Source of the DNA: Macrostomum lignano
Lineage: Eukaryota
Length of the DNA: 64,000 nt
NCBI GenBank assembly: GCA_002269645.1
Contig: NIVC01001751.1
Location: 124,001 to 188,000, forward strand
Direction of reading: 5' to 3'
Under the pieces are notes generated by a model. That model worked only from the letters and a program-made list of their open reading frames with translations. It was not told where the DNA came from and searched no databases. Of this stretch, positions 12,595 through 23,800 are shown in pieces; within the stretch, counting starts at the first letter, position 1, and every line of letters begins with the position of its first letter. The translations under genes were made by a program, and so were the position numbers.

Positions 12595-12826
12595 CTGTTA
12601 ATGAGGAATGAGGAAATGTTAAATGTTTACTAATAGTAGAATATCCTATTCTTCAAAGTTTAGACAGACCTAACGGAACCTTAGGTACCTAAGCTTTATC
12701 AATAAGACCACGATAAAGTTCACAATGTCCCGTCTATAAAGAGAACACAGGATCCGTTTGTACTTATTTTTTCTTAGTTTGAAGCATAGCACTATACATG
12801 AGCTATGGAAGTACATCAAGCCCTAC

Positions 12827-13730
12827 CATCTCCTGCCCGGAGTCCGGAGCGCACAGCGACTCCGTAGAGCCAGTCAGAGGCGAGTGGACCCCAATGCCGC
12901 CGCCTCCGCTGCCAAAGTTGCCGAGCAATGACGTCACCTGCCGGCGGCGATGCACAGAAGGCGACGAGCTCGACGCTGGCGAGTGCGACAGCGCCGCCTC
13001 GGCCCTCGGCGTTGAAGAGGCCGAGCCGACATTGTGAGCTGGCGATGCGGCTGCGGCCGTCGAGAAAGAGCCGGTGGCGTTGGCAGCGGAGCGACCCGGC
13101 ACGGACTCGGGCAGGTCGGCCAGACAGGCCTCCAGTCTGCGTCGCTGCTGCGATGCGGCCGCACTGGCTGCGGCAGCCGCCCCCGCTCCGTCGTCCTGCT
13201 GGCCGGAGCCGACGGCAACGCGGCAGGCCCGGACAAGCAGGTCCAGATCGTCCGGCGTGACAGCCAGGCTGCTCAGCTGGAGCTGCTGGTGCTGCTGCTG
13301 CGGCTGCAGGCCGGAAACTGGCCCGCTGAGCCCGGCGCCGATCCGCAGCAGCGAGTCCAGCCAGCCAGTCAGACAGTCCGGCTCGAACTGGCCAAATATC
13401 TCCGGGCTGAATACGCGCGAGTCCAGCGAGCCGCCCTGGCACAATGCCTCGAGTACCTGGCCCATCTGCATGAGGTTGTTCCGCTGGATGTAGTTGATAG
13501 CCACGCTGCCAACTATGCCGCTGTGCTCGGGGTCGAGCAGGGCCGGGATCAGGTAGTGCTGAAACACCAGGTGGCCGCAGAGGGAGCGCGCTGCCGCAGG
13601 CGACATTCGACTGTTGGGCCGGCCGCTGGCCTGCCGGTAGAGGCCGCTCAGCAACCAGAGGAACGGTCGGGGGAAGGCGCGCGTGTTCTCGCGGAGCTCG
13701 TCTATGAACAGGCGGGCCAGGCGGGCCACT
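12827..13730 (-). CDS. GAPVD1: GAPVD1 RasGAP-like domain exon
   Basis: Acceptor tttcag|A. Motifs ENTRAFPRPFLWLL, YLIPALLDPEHSGIV, NNLMQMGQVL. Donor ATG|gtaggg. Confidence 0.9.
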
Positions 13731-13809
13731 CTGAAATATGGAAAGCAGAGCTCGTGCGGGTTTGCCGGCCGCAGTCAGTTTGCAGCTTAGGTTAAGTCAC
13801 AAATTTTAC

Positions 13810-13910
13810 CTATCGGCCATCTGCTTGCGGTAGTCGCGCACGCACAGCTCGAACTGCTCGCTGCCCTCCTTCCCAAACATGTGCTCGCGTCGGTCCCGGC
13901 AGAACCGGTC
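13810..13910 (-). CDS. GAPVD1: GAPVD1 internal exon (DRFCRDRREHMFGKEGSEQF...)
   Basis: 101 nt, acceptor ccgcag|GAC, donor AG|gtaaaa. Matches the LFGEKGS segment of homologues, and phases agree with neighbouring exons. Confidence 0.85.
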
Positions 13911-13929
13911 CTGCGGCAGGGTTGAATGG

Positions 13930-15738
13930 TAGGGGTAGACGGTAGGGTAGACAGTAGGGTAGACAGAGTAGACAGTAGAATGACAGGGTAGACAGTAGGG
14001 TAGACAGGGTCGACAGTAGAATGACAGGGTAGACAGTAGGTTAGACAGGGTAGACAGTAGGATGACAGGGCAGACAGTAGGATGACAGGGTAGACAGTAG
14101 AATGACAGGGTAGACAGTAGGATGACAGGGCAGACAGTAGAATGACAGGGTAGACAGTAGGATGACAGGGTAGACAGTAGAATGACAGGGTAGACAGTAG
14201 GGTAGACAGGGTAGACAGTAGGGTAGACAGAGTAGACAGTAGAATGACAGGGCAGACAGTAGGATGACAGGGTAGACAGTAGAATGACAGGGTAGACAGT
14301 AGAATGACAGGGTAGACAGTAGGATGACAGGGCAGACAGTAGAATGACAGGGTAGACAGTAGGATGACAGGGTAGACAGTAGAATGACAGGGTAAACAGT
14401 AGAATGACAGGGTAGACAGTAGAATGACAGGGTAGACAGAAGAATGACAGGGTAGACAGTAGAATGACAGGGTAGACAGAAGAATGACAAGGTAGACAGT
14501 AGAATGACAGGGTAGACAGTAGGATGACAGGTTAGACAGTAGAATGACAGGGTAGACAGTAGGATGACAGGGTAGACAGTAGAATGACAGGGTAGACAGT
14601 AGAATGACAGGGTAGACAGAAGAATGACAGGGTAGACAGTAGAATGACAGGGTAGACAGTAGAATGACAGGGTAGACAGTAGGATGACAGGATAGACAGT
14701 AGAATGACAGGGTAGACAGTAGAATGACAGGGTAGACAGTAGAATGACAGGGTAGACAGTAGAATGACAGGGTAGACAGTAGAATGACAGGGTAGACAGT
14801 AGAATGACAGGGTAGACAGTAGAATGACAGGGTAGACAGTAGAATGACAGGGTAGAGAGTAGGATGACAGGGTAGACAGTAGAATGACAGGGTAGACAGT
14901 AGGATGACAGGGTAGACAGTAGAATGACAGGGTAGACAGTAGGATGACAGGGTAGACAGTAGGATGACAGGGTAGACAGTAGAATGACAGGGTAGACAGT
15001 AGGATGACAGGGTAGACAGTAGAATGACAGGGTAGACAGTAGAATGACAGGGTAGACAGTAGAATGACAGGGTAGACAGTAGAATGACAGGGTAGACAGT
15101 AGAATGACAGGGTAGACAGTAGAATGACAGGGTAGACAGTAGGATGACAGGGTAGAGAGTAGGATGACAGGGTAGACAGTAGAATGACAGGGTAGACAGT
15201 AGAATGACAGGGTAGACAGTAGAATGACAGGGTAGAGAGTAGGATGACAGGGTAGACAGTAGAATGACAGGGTAGACAGTAGAATGACAGGGTAGAGAGT
15301 AGGATGACAGGGTATACAGTAGAATGACAGGGTAGACAGTAGAATGACAGGGTAGACAGTAGAATGACAGGGTAGAGAGTAGGATGACAGGGTAGACAGT
15401 AGGATGACAGGGTAGACAGTAGAATGACAGGGTAGACAGTAGGATGACAGGGTAGAGAGTAGAATGACAGGGTAGACAGTAGAATGACAGGGTAGACAGT
15501 AGAATGACAGGGTAGACAGTAGAATGACAGGGTAGAGAGTAGGATGACAGGGTAGACAGTAGAATGACAGGGTAGAGAGTAGAATGACAGGGTAGACAGT
15601 AGAATGACAGGGTAGACAGTAGAATGACAGGGTAGAGAGTAGGATGACAGGGTAGACAGTAGAATGACAGGGCAGACAGTAGGATGACAGGGTAGACAGT
15701 AGGATGACAGGGTAGACAGTAGAATGACAGGGTAGAGA
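13930..15738. repeat. 20-bp intronic minisatellite (GTAGACAGTAGAATGACAGG), about 90 copies
   Basis: Strict 20-bp periodicity; ends about 20 nt from the acceptor at 13911. Confidence 0.97.
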
Positions 15739-15804
15739 CAACTGGCAATAATAGCCAGTAGAAGCCACAGGCAAGCGACAAGATCGGCCTATACCGGCAG
15801 TTAC

Positions 15805-15993
15805 CTGCACAGCCTTGTTGAGATCCAGATCCAAGAAGACATCGTTGAACTCCGCCAGCAGGGTGTGAATCGGCCGGCGCAGGGTCTGCACCAGAAAGCC
15901 GCCAGCGCCGGCGTCCAGGCTGAGGCGGAGCAGTCGGACAAAAGTGGCCGTGCCGCGAGACAACAGCTTGACGGGATTGTCCAGCGGCAGGAC
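15805..15993 (-). CDS. GAPVD1: GAPVD1 internal exon (VLPLDNPVKLLSRG...)
   Basis: 189 nt, acceptor actcag|GTC, donor CAG|gtaact. Matches DNPRRLLRRG of homologues. Confidence 0.87.
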
Positions 15994-16090
15994 CTGAGTA
16001 TGAGACAGGGGTTGGCAAAGATTTTTGAGTCACTTTATGTCCCTTACATTTGACTATTAGATAAATAACCATAAATCCCAGGATTTTAAT

Positions 16091-16407
16091 ATAATAATAA
16101 TAATAATAATTTATTCACACCTGCCCTAATTGGGCCAGGTGTGCAACCGACAGCTCAGCTGCTATTTGCGCGGCGCATCTGAAGGCTGCGTACGGCTGTT
16201 CAGTCCAAGGACTGGGGGGGGGGGGTCGCTACACACAGCCTCAATTACCCCAGCTAATGCTGGCACCCATTTTACAGCTGGGTGAACTGAAGCAGTGTAG
16301 AGTTAAGTGTCTTGATCGAGGACACAAACTGTTCCAGTGGGATCGGGAATCGAACCCCCGACCTTCAAGTCGTGAGTCCGTTGCTCTAACCACTAGGCTA
16401 CAACAGA
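16091..16407 (-). mobile_element. tRNA-derived SINE with CORE-like central domain and (ATT)n tail
   Basis: Minus strand has A box TAGCCTAGTGGTTAGAGC, B box GGTTCGATTCC, then TGTGTCCTCGATCAAGACACTTAACTC...CACCCAGCTGTAAATGGG (resembles the MIR/CORE domain) and an (ATT)n tail. A second copy lies at 26673. Confidence 0.8.
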
Positions 16408-16482
16408 GTAATAAATATCCATCAATAAATCACTCAGACTTAACAGGAAGGGCCAGTGAGTTCTCGCTAACTGAGCACCAAC

Positions 16483-17034
16483 CTGAATCTCCATCAGGCG
16501 CATCAGAGTCTGATAGCAGGCCTCCTCGGACGATTCGGCCAGGCAGTGGCCGAACAGGCAGGCGAAGACGCACTGCAGCAGTCTGGGCAGGCAGCCGCCG
16601 CTGCCGGGCGGGTCGTTGGTGCAGTCGGTGTCAGCGAGAGGCCGCCGCTCAACAGTGAGCAGCACGTGAGCCAGCAGGTCCGGGCTGGTTCGCAGCAGCC
16701 TGAGCAGGTCGGCGTACTTGTGCTCGTGACAGGTGAGCAGAGAGTAGGCATCGCGATAGCGCAGCTCGGCGTCCAAAGCGGCGGCGAAGCGAGCCAAATC
16801 CACGCAGCCTGTAGCGGCCGAGGCTGTGGCAGCTTCGCGGGTGAGCAGTCGCTGCTGCAGGTGCAAACGGAAGCCTTCGTGCAGTATTCTACGAGAGGCG
16901 TCGCTCAGCTGATCAAACAGCTGCCTGATGAGATCCTTCTCGCAGCAGACAAAGAGGCGCTCCTGGCGCAGCTGCTGGTGCAGACTGGCCAACTCGTCAG
17001 CCAGCGCCGGGGTCTGTTGAGCGTCTTGCTGAGG
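16483..17034 (-). CDS. GAPVD1: GAPVD1 5'-most recognisable coding exon (no ATG at its 5' end)
   Basis: 552 nt, phase 0. Acceptor ccccgcag|CCT. LASLHQQLRQERLFVCCEK matches the N-terminal LAHHLKQERLYV motif. Donor CAG|gttggt. Confidence 0.88.
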
Positions 17035-17256
17035 CTGCGGGGTGGCCGGACAAATTATTAATATTAATTACTGAGGTAAAACAACAGGTCTAAGCTCCAT
17101 AGATATTCAGATCAGGGAACACGGAGCGGGAGACATGGAAGTGACACTCCCACGCAAATTCAAGATGCCAAATTGAAATCCAGGATGCCAGCTGGCATTA
17201 ACCAAAAAGTTCAATCCCTACCCTTTACATTGCTGAGCATCCAGCACTGCGTTCTG

Positions 17257-17738
17257 CAGGCTCGATTCCAAGTGCAGTCACATTAATTTGGAGCCAAATT
17301 GGAATCTCTGCTCGTGCAATTAACGGCCTTGAGGGCCAACCCCACAAGGCTCAGTGAAGTGTACATGCCTAACTGTGAGCGTGTGCCTGTGCGTATGACT
17401 GCGTACGTATCCGCGCCATGGATGAAGGAATAGAAAGGATCGCTCATCTGAAAGCGAGTCTACGGCCAAGACTTCCTAAATATTGGGATATTCCCCCCAT
17501 GAATTTCATTGGCTGCTGGAATTTAATAATAGTACCCTCCCCCCCCCAAGTTCTTACTGGCTGAAGCTTGTACGCCGGTTTCAGATGAGCGAGCCTTTCT
17601 ATTGCTTCATCCATGATCCACGCGCTTGTGTGCCTGCTCAGGGGAGTTGGCGGAATGGGCAGCAATGCCTCTCGCCGGTTGTGTGCCTGCTCAGGGGAGT
17701 TGGCGGAATGGGCAGTAATGCCTCTCGCCGGTTGTGTG
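17257..17738. mobile_element. Dispersed repeat, copy 1 (inverted relative to 62331-62593), interrupted by a MITE
   Basis: Reverse-complement similarity to 62331-62593, plus a local 50-bp tandem duplication at about 17626-17725. Confidence 0.8.
17417..17615. mobile_element. 199-bp MITE with about 37-bp TIRs and 8-bp TSD (hAT-like)
   Basis: TIR CATGGATGAAG(G/C)AATAGAAAGG(A/C)TCGCTCATCTGAAA. TSD ATCCGCGC/ATCCACGC. Empty site present at 62392-62399. Confidence 0.85.
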
Positions 17739-18574
17739 CCTGCAGCCCCCTGACTCTATAGCATAGTACAGAGCCTCTCTGACCCACAGAGGGTTGCAGA
17801 AGTTTGCAGACTCCATGCTCACAGATTGCTCAAAGCTGACAACCGATAGAGGTCCAGAAACACCAAGAACCCCAATAAATATAAAACTATTAGCACTACA
17901 AATGAAATATGAACCAGATTTGACATTTGACATACAAGGATCCAAATTCATAATGCCAAAATGAAAGTTCCCCTAAATCGAATTCGGTGTAAATAAAAAA
18001 ATAAAAGCAGAAATTTGTGCTACACAAATAAATTTCCAATAAGCGTTTGTTGTCGTATTTTCGAATTTAATTCAGCCAAGGAATAATAAAAAATATAGTA
18101 TTACGAGCATATAGCATTAATTATAAGCAGTGTCAGGCCGAAACGCTTAGTATTTCATAACAAAAATACTGTGCAAGCATCGCATTAAAAAAATATGAAA
18201 ATCGGGGGTTATAAAGGAAGCAGTCAGCTCTTTCTCTTGTCGCTCACTGTATACGAGAAGCATCCGTTTTGGCAAATAACAGAGCAGTATGTACTGTGAA
18301 ACAGCTCGGCGCAGAATAGGAGTTTTTCTATCAATATAGGGATATAAAAATACCGTACATTGAACACAGTGCTACTGCAACACTGACGGCATCATATTGC
18401 ATAGAGAAAAGACAGAACAATAGACTGGATACATACTGCCGCTTGCAGAGATAGAAATCAAAATCACACTTCTTTTTTCATTTTAAGCTAGATTTAATGC
18501 GTAATTAATAAAAATTTACGCCCAATATTACTATTAGTAATAGAATAGTAGTCTATCGGTGTGATCAATCACTG

Positions 18575-19400
18575 TGAGAGATTGGGAGTGGCTGGGTGAG
18601 ACTGAGAGAGATTGGGAGAGTGACTGGGTGAGACTGAGAGAGATTGGGAGAGTGACTGGGTGAGACTGGGAGAGATTGGGAGAGTGACTGGGTGAGACTG
18701 AAATATTGGGAGAGTGACTGGGTAAGACTGAGAGAGATTAGAGAGAGTGACTGGGGGAGTCTGAGAGACATTGGGAGAGTGACTGGGTGAGACAGAGAGA
18801 CTGGGAGAGTGACTGGGTGAGACTGATAGAGATTGGGAGAGTGACTGGGTGAGACTGAGAGAGATTAGAGAGAGTGACTGGGGGAGTCTGAGAGAGATTG
18901 GGAGAGTGACTGGGTAAGACTGAGAGAGATTAGAGAGAGTGACTGGGGGAGTCTGAGAGACATTGGGAGAGTGACTGGGTGAGACAGAGAGACTGGGAGA
19001 GTGACTGGGTGAGACTGATAGAGATTGGGAGAGTGACTGGGTGAGACTGAGAGAGATTAGAGAGAGTGACTGGGGGAGTCTGAGAGAGATTGGGAGAGTG
19101 ACAGGGGTGAGACTGAGAGAGATTGGGAGAGTGACTGGGTGAGACTGAGAGAGATTAGAGAGAGTGACTGGGGGAGTCTGAGAGAGATTGGGAGAGTGAC
19201 TGGGTGAGACTGAGAGAGATTGGGAGAGTGACTGGGTGAGACTGAGAGAGATTAGAGAGAGTGACTGGGGGAGTCTGAGAGACATTGGGAGAGTGACTGG
19301 GTGAGACAGAGAGACTGGGAGAGTGACTGGGTGAGACTGATAGAGATTGGGAGAGTGACTGGGTGAGACCGAGAGAGACTGGGAGAGTGACTGGGTGAGA
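18575..19400. repeat. Minisatellite (GAGAGTGACTGGGTGAGACT core) between STAMBP and GAPVD1
   Basis: Repeated gagagtgactgggtgagactgagagagatt units. Confidence 0.93.
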
Positions 19401-19597
19401 TTAAGATTAAGGCTCTACAAGAGTCTCTAGCCCAAAATGCTTGAGTACATCTGGATAGCTAGCAAATCAGTATCCGTTAGAATTGATCGAACTCAGCAGG
19501 TTAAGCCATTCAGAGTTAGGCTTCAACAACACCGATATGTGTTGAAACAAACTATTCCGAAGGCAACACAATCCAAACGGAGCAGGCCCAGATGTAT

Positions 19598-20411
19598 TCA
19601 GCGCAAATCGTGCACCTTAAGATCGCCCTCGGGCGCATCAATGGCGTGCTTGGCCCGCTCAAACAGGGGCGGATGCTCCTGATGCGGGTGGAAGCCCTTG
19701 CCAGAGCAGCGGCTGAGATAGTCCAGGCCGTGCTGGGTCAGGGTGAACGTAGCCGTGTCGCCGAATTTCGGCGCGCACACAACGGCAACAGCTTCGGGCA
19801 GCATGAGCTGATAGGACAGGTGAGTGTGCAGGTCGATGCTAGATAGGAAAGCAGTCTGAGTAGGGTGCGTGTGCACCCAGCCGAGGGTGACCAGGTCGAA
19901 CCTGTCCAGCACGCCGAAGATCTCCTCCTCGCCGCTGGTGGTGCAGGAGTCCGAAGTTCCGCTCTGCTTCGGCAGCACCAAATCTGTGACGGCCAGGGCG
20001 CCGTCTCTCACTGAGCCGCAGAGAATGCCGCAGGTCTCCTTATTAGCGGCGGTGTTGCTGTCGGCCAGGCGGAGAAATCTCAGCCCGAGCTGGGCCGGCA
20101 GCACCAGAGTGCGCAGCGAACCAACGCCCGAATGGCTGCCCCAGCTGCTGTCAGAGAGGCCGAAGTCCTCCGACAGGCTGGGCGGTGCTATGGTCGACGA
20201 GGACGCATCGGCACCGCTGTACGGCGGCGGCGGCGCGCTCGGTTCAACAGGCGGCAGGATCTCCTCGGCCTGTTTGGCAGCAACGGCATTCGCCCTGGCG
20301 GCCTCGGCAGCTTCGGCTTCGGCCTTGGCTTTGGCGTGCTCGGCGGCGAACTGGTCTAACAGGAGGCGCTTGATGCGCTCGGCCTCGCTTAGAGCGGTTT
20401 TGCATTCGAGC
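19598..20411 (-). CDS. STAMBP: STAMBP/AMSH exon 2 (JAMM/MPN+ deubiquitinase domain)
   Basis: Acceptor ttgctcag|G. Motifs NKETCGIL and GWVHTHPTQTAFLSSIDLHTH (JAMM HxH..D), C-terminal Zn-loop GFHPH. Spliced protein about 360 aa. Confidence 0.94.
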
Positions 20412-20872
20412 CTGAGCAAGGAGCAAAGTTTTTGTCTTCTTTTTGAACAAGATTTTTTCATCTACTCGTAAAAGGACTTGAGTGCACATCTGCGCATAAG
20501 CTACTTTCAGTTCAGTAGGCAGTTCAAATAGAAGCATTTTAACGTATTTTAAGACGAGACTCATTTATTGGCCCTCTTAGCACCGCCCCCCCGCTGAATT
20601 TTATTGCCCATATCAGAGTGGCAGCCTAAAGCTGGCATGTACATTCTCAGTGGCTCTGGCTGGTAAATGTACATTACGGCTGCACCAATAGCCAGTTGTG
20701 TTGGCGTCTGCTAGTCACTCCAACTGCCTGTCTTTTCATAGAATAGCTTATGCATTCTGCCTTGCTACTGAGCTGAAAGTAGAGACAGTTTTAGCAAGCC
20801 AGTGTGCCCGAGTGGCCCATCCAGTTATTAGTGTGCTCGGGATACTCTAATTAAGCACTCGTGCATTGAAGG

Positions 20873-23800
20873 GCCTGAGAGAACATTGGGTAGCCTGAAA
20901 GAACACTGGGGAGCCTGAGAGAACATTGGGTAGCCTGAGAGAATATTGGGTAGCCTGAGAGAATATTGGGTAGCCTGAGAGAACACTGGAGAACCTGAGA
21001 GAACACTGGAATGCCTGAGAGAACATTGGGTAGCCTGAAAGAACACTGGGGAGCCTGAGAGAACATTGGGTAGCCTGAGAGAACACTGGAGAGCCTGAGA
21101 GAACATTGGGTAGCCTGAGAGAACATTGGGTAGCCTGAAAGAACACTGGGGAGCCTGAGAGAACATTGGGTAGCCTGAGAGAACACTGGATAGCCTGAGA
21201 GAACATTGGGTAGACTGAGAGAACATTGGGTAGACTGAGAGAACACTGGAGAGCCTGAGAGAACATTGGGTAGCCTGAGAGAACATTGGGTAGCCTGAGA
21301 GAATATTGGGTAGTCTGAAAGAACACTGGAGAACCTGAGAGAACACTGGAATGCCTGAGAGAACATTGGGTAGCCTGAGAGAACACTGGATAGCCTGAGA
21401 GAACATTGGGTAGCCTGAGAGAACACTGGGTAGACTGAGAGAACACTGGAGAGCCTGAGAGAACATTGGGTAGCCTGAGAGAATATTGGGTAGCCTGAGA
21501 GAATATTGGGTAGTCTGAAAGAACACTGGAGAACCTGAGAGAACACTGGAATGCCTGAGAGAACATTGGGTAGCCTGAGAGAACACTGGGTAGCCTGAGA
21601 GAACATTGGGTAGCCTGAGAGAACACTGGAGAACCTGAGAGAACACTGGAATGCCTGAGAGAACATTGGGTAGCCTGAAAGAACACTGGGGAGCCTGAGA
21701 GAACATTGGGTAGCCTGAGAGAACACTGGATAGCCTGGGAGAACATTGGGTAGTCTGAAAGAACACTGGAGAACCTGAGAGAACACTGGAATGCCTGAGA
21801 GAACACTGGGTAGCCTGAGAGAACACTGGGTAGCCTGAGAGAACACTGGGTAGCCTGAGAGAATATTGGGTAGTCTGAAAGAACACTGGAGAACCTGAGA
21901 GAACACTGGAATGCCTGAGAGAACACTGGGTAGCCTGAGAGAACACTGGGTAGCCTGAGAGAACATTGGGTAGCCTGAGAGAACACAGGGTAGCCTGAGA
22001 GAACACTGGATAGCCTGAGAGAACATTGGGTAGTCTGAGAGAACACGGGAGAGCCTGAGAGAACATTGGGTAGCCTGAGAGAACACTGGGTAGCCTGAGA
22101 GAACACAGGAGAGCCTGAGAGAACATTGGGTAGCCTGAGAGAACACTGGAGAGCCTGAGAGAACACTGGAGAGCCTGAGAGAACATTGGGTAGCCTGAGA
22201 GAACATTGGGTAGCCTGAGAGAACACTGGGTAGCCTGAGAGAACACTGGGTAGCCTGAGAGAACACTGGGTAGCCTGAGAGAACACTGGGTAGCCTGAGA
22301 GAACACTGGGTAGCCTGAGAGAACACAGGAGAGCCTGAGAGAACATTGGGTAGCCTGAGAGAACACTGGAGAGCCTGAGAGAACACTGGAGAGCCTGAGA
22401 GAACATTGGGTAGCCTGAGAGAACATTGGGTAGCCTGAGAGAACACTGGGTAGCCTGAGAGAACATTGGGTAGCCTGAGAGAACACTGGGTAGCCTGAGA
22501 GAACATTGGGTAGCCTGAGAGAACACTGGAGAGCCTGAGAGAACACTGGAGAGCCTGAGAGAACATTGGGTAGCCTGAAAGAACACTGGGGAGCCTGAGA
22601 GAACATTGGGTAGCCTGAGAGAATATTGGGTAGCCTGAGAGAATATTGGGTAGCCTGAGAGAACACTGGAGAACCTGAGAGAACACTGGAATGCCTGAGA
22701 GAACATTGGGTAGCCTGAAAGAACACTGGGGAGCCTGAGAGAACATTGGGTAGCCTGAGAGAACACTGGAGAGCCTGAGAGAACATTGGGTAGCCTGAGA
22801 GAACATTGGGTAGCCTGAAAGAACACTGGGGAGCCTGAGAGAACATTGGGTAGCCTGAGAGAACACTGGATAGCCTGAGAGAACATTGGGTAGACTGAGA
22901 GAACATTGGGTAGACTGAGAGAACACTGGAGAGCCTGAGAGAACATTGGGTAGCCTGAGAGAACATTGGGTAGCCTGAGAGAATATTGGGTAGTCTGAAA
23001 GAACACTGGAGAACCTGAGAGAACACTGGAATGCCTGAGAGAACATTGGGTAGCCTGAGAGAACACTGGATAGCCTGAGAGAACATTGGGTAGCCTGAGA
23101 GAACACTGGGTAGACTGAGAGAACACTGGAGAGCCTGAGAGAACATTGGGTAGCCTGAGAGAATATTGGGTAGCCTGAGAGAATATTGGGTAGTCTGAAA
23201 GAACACTGGAGAACCTGAGAGAACACTGGAATGCCTGAGAGAACATTGGGTAGCCTGAGAGAACACTGGATAGCCTGAGAGAACATTGGGTAGCCTGAGA
23301 GAACATTGGGTAGACTGAGAGAACACTGGAGAGCCTGAGAGAACATTGGGTAGCCTGAGAGAACATTGGGTAGCCTGAGAGAATATTGGGTAGTCTGAAA
23401 GAACACTGGAGAACCTGAGAGAACACTGGAATGCCTGAGAGAACATTGGGTAGCCTGAGAGAACACTGGATAGCCTGAGAGAACATTGGGTAGCCTGAGA
23501 GAACACTGGGTAGACTGAGAGAACACTGGAGAGCCTGAGAGAACATTGGGTAGCCTGAGAGAATATTGGGTAGCCTGAGAGAATATTGGGTAGTCTGAAA
23601 GAACACTGGAGAACCTGAGAGAACACTGGAATGCCTGAGAGAACATTGGGTAGCCTGAGAGAACACTGGGTAGCCTGAGAGAACATTGGGTAGCCTGAGA
23701 GAACACTGGAGAACCTGAGAGAACACTGGAATGCCTGAGAGAACATTGGGTAGCCTGAAAGAACACTGGGGAGCCTGAGAGAACATTGGGTAGCCTGAGA

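Noticed and set aside
10852-13795. Many antisense and alternative-frame ORFs over GAPVD1 (also over LIC, STAMBP and the GPCR)
   Set aside because: Expected shadows of very GC-rich exons; no motifs recognised.
13787-16072. 761-aa and 640-aa ORFs with CLPCHSTVYPVILLSTLSFY repeats
   Set aside because: Translation of the intronic 20-bp minisatellite; only the flanking exon portions are GAPVD1.
16330-16407. tRNA gene (CAC anticodon-like)
   Set aside because: Anticodon and acceptor stems do not pair well, and it continues into a CORE-like body and (ATT)n tail, so it is a SINE head.
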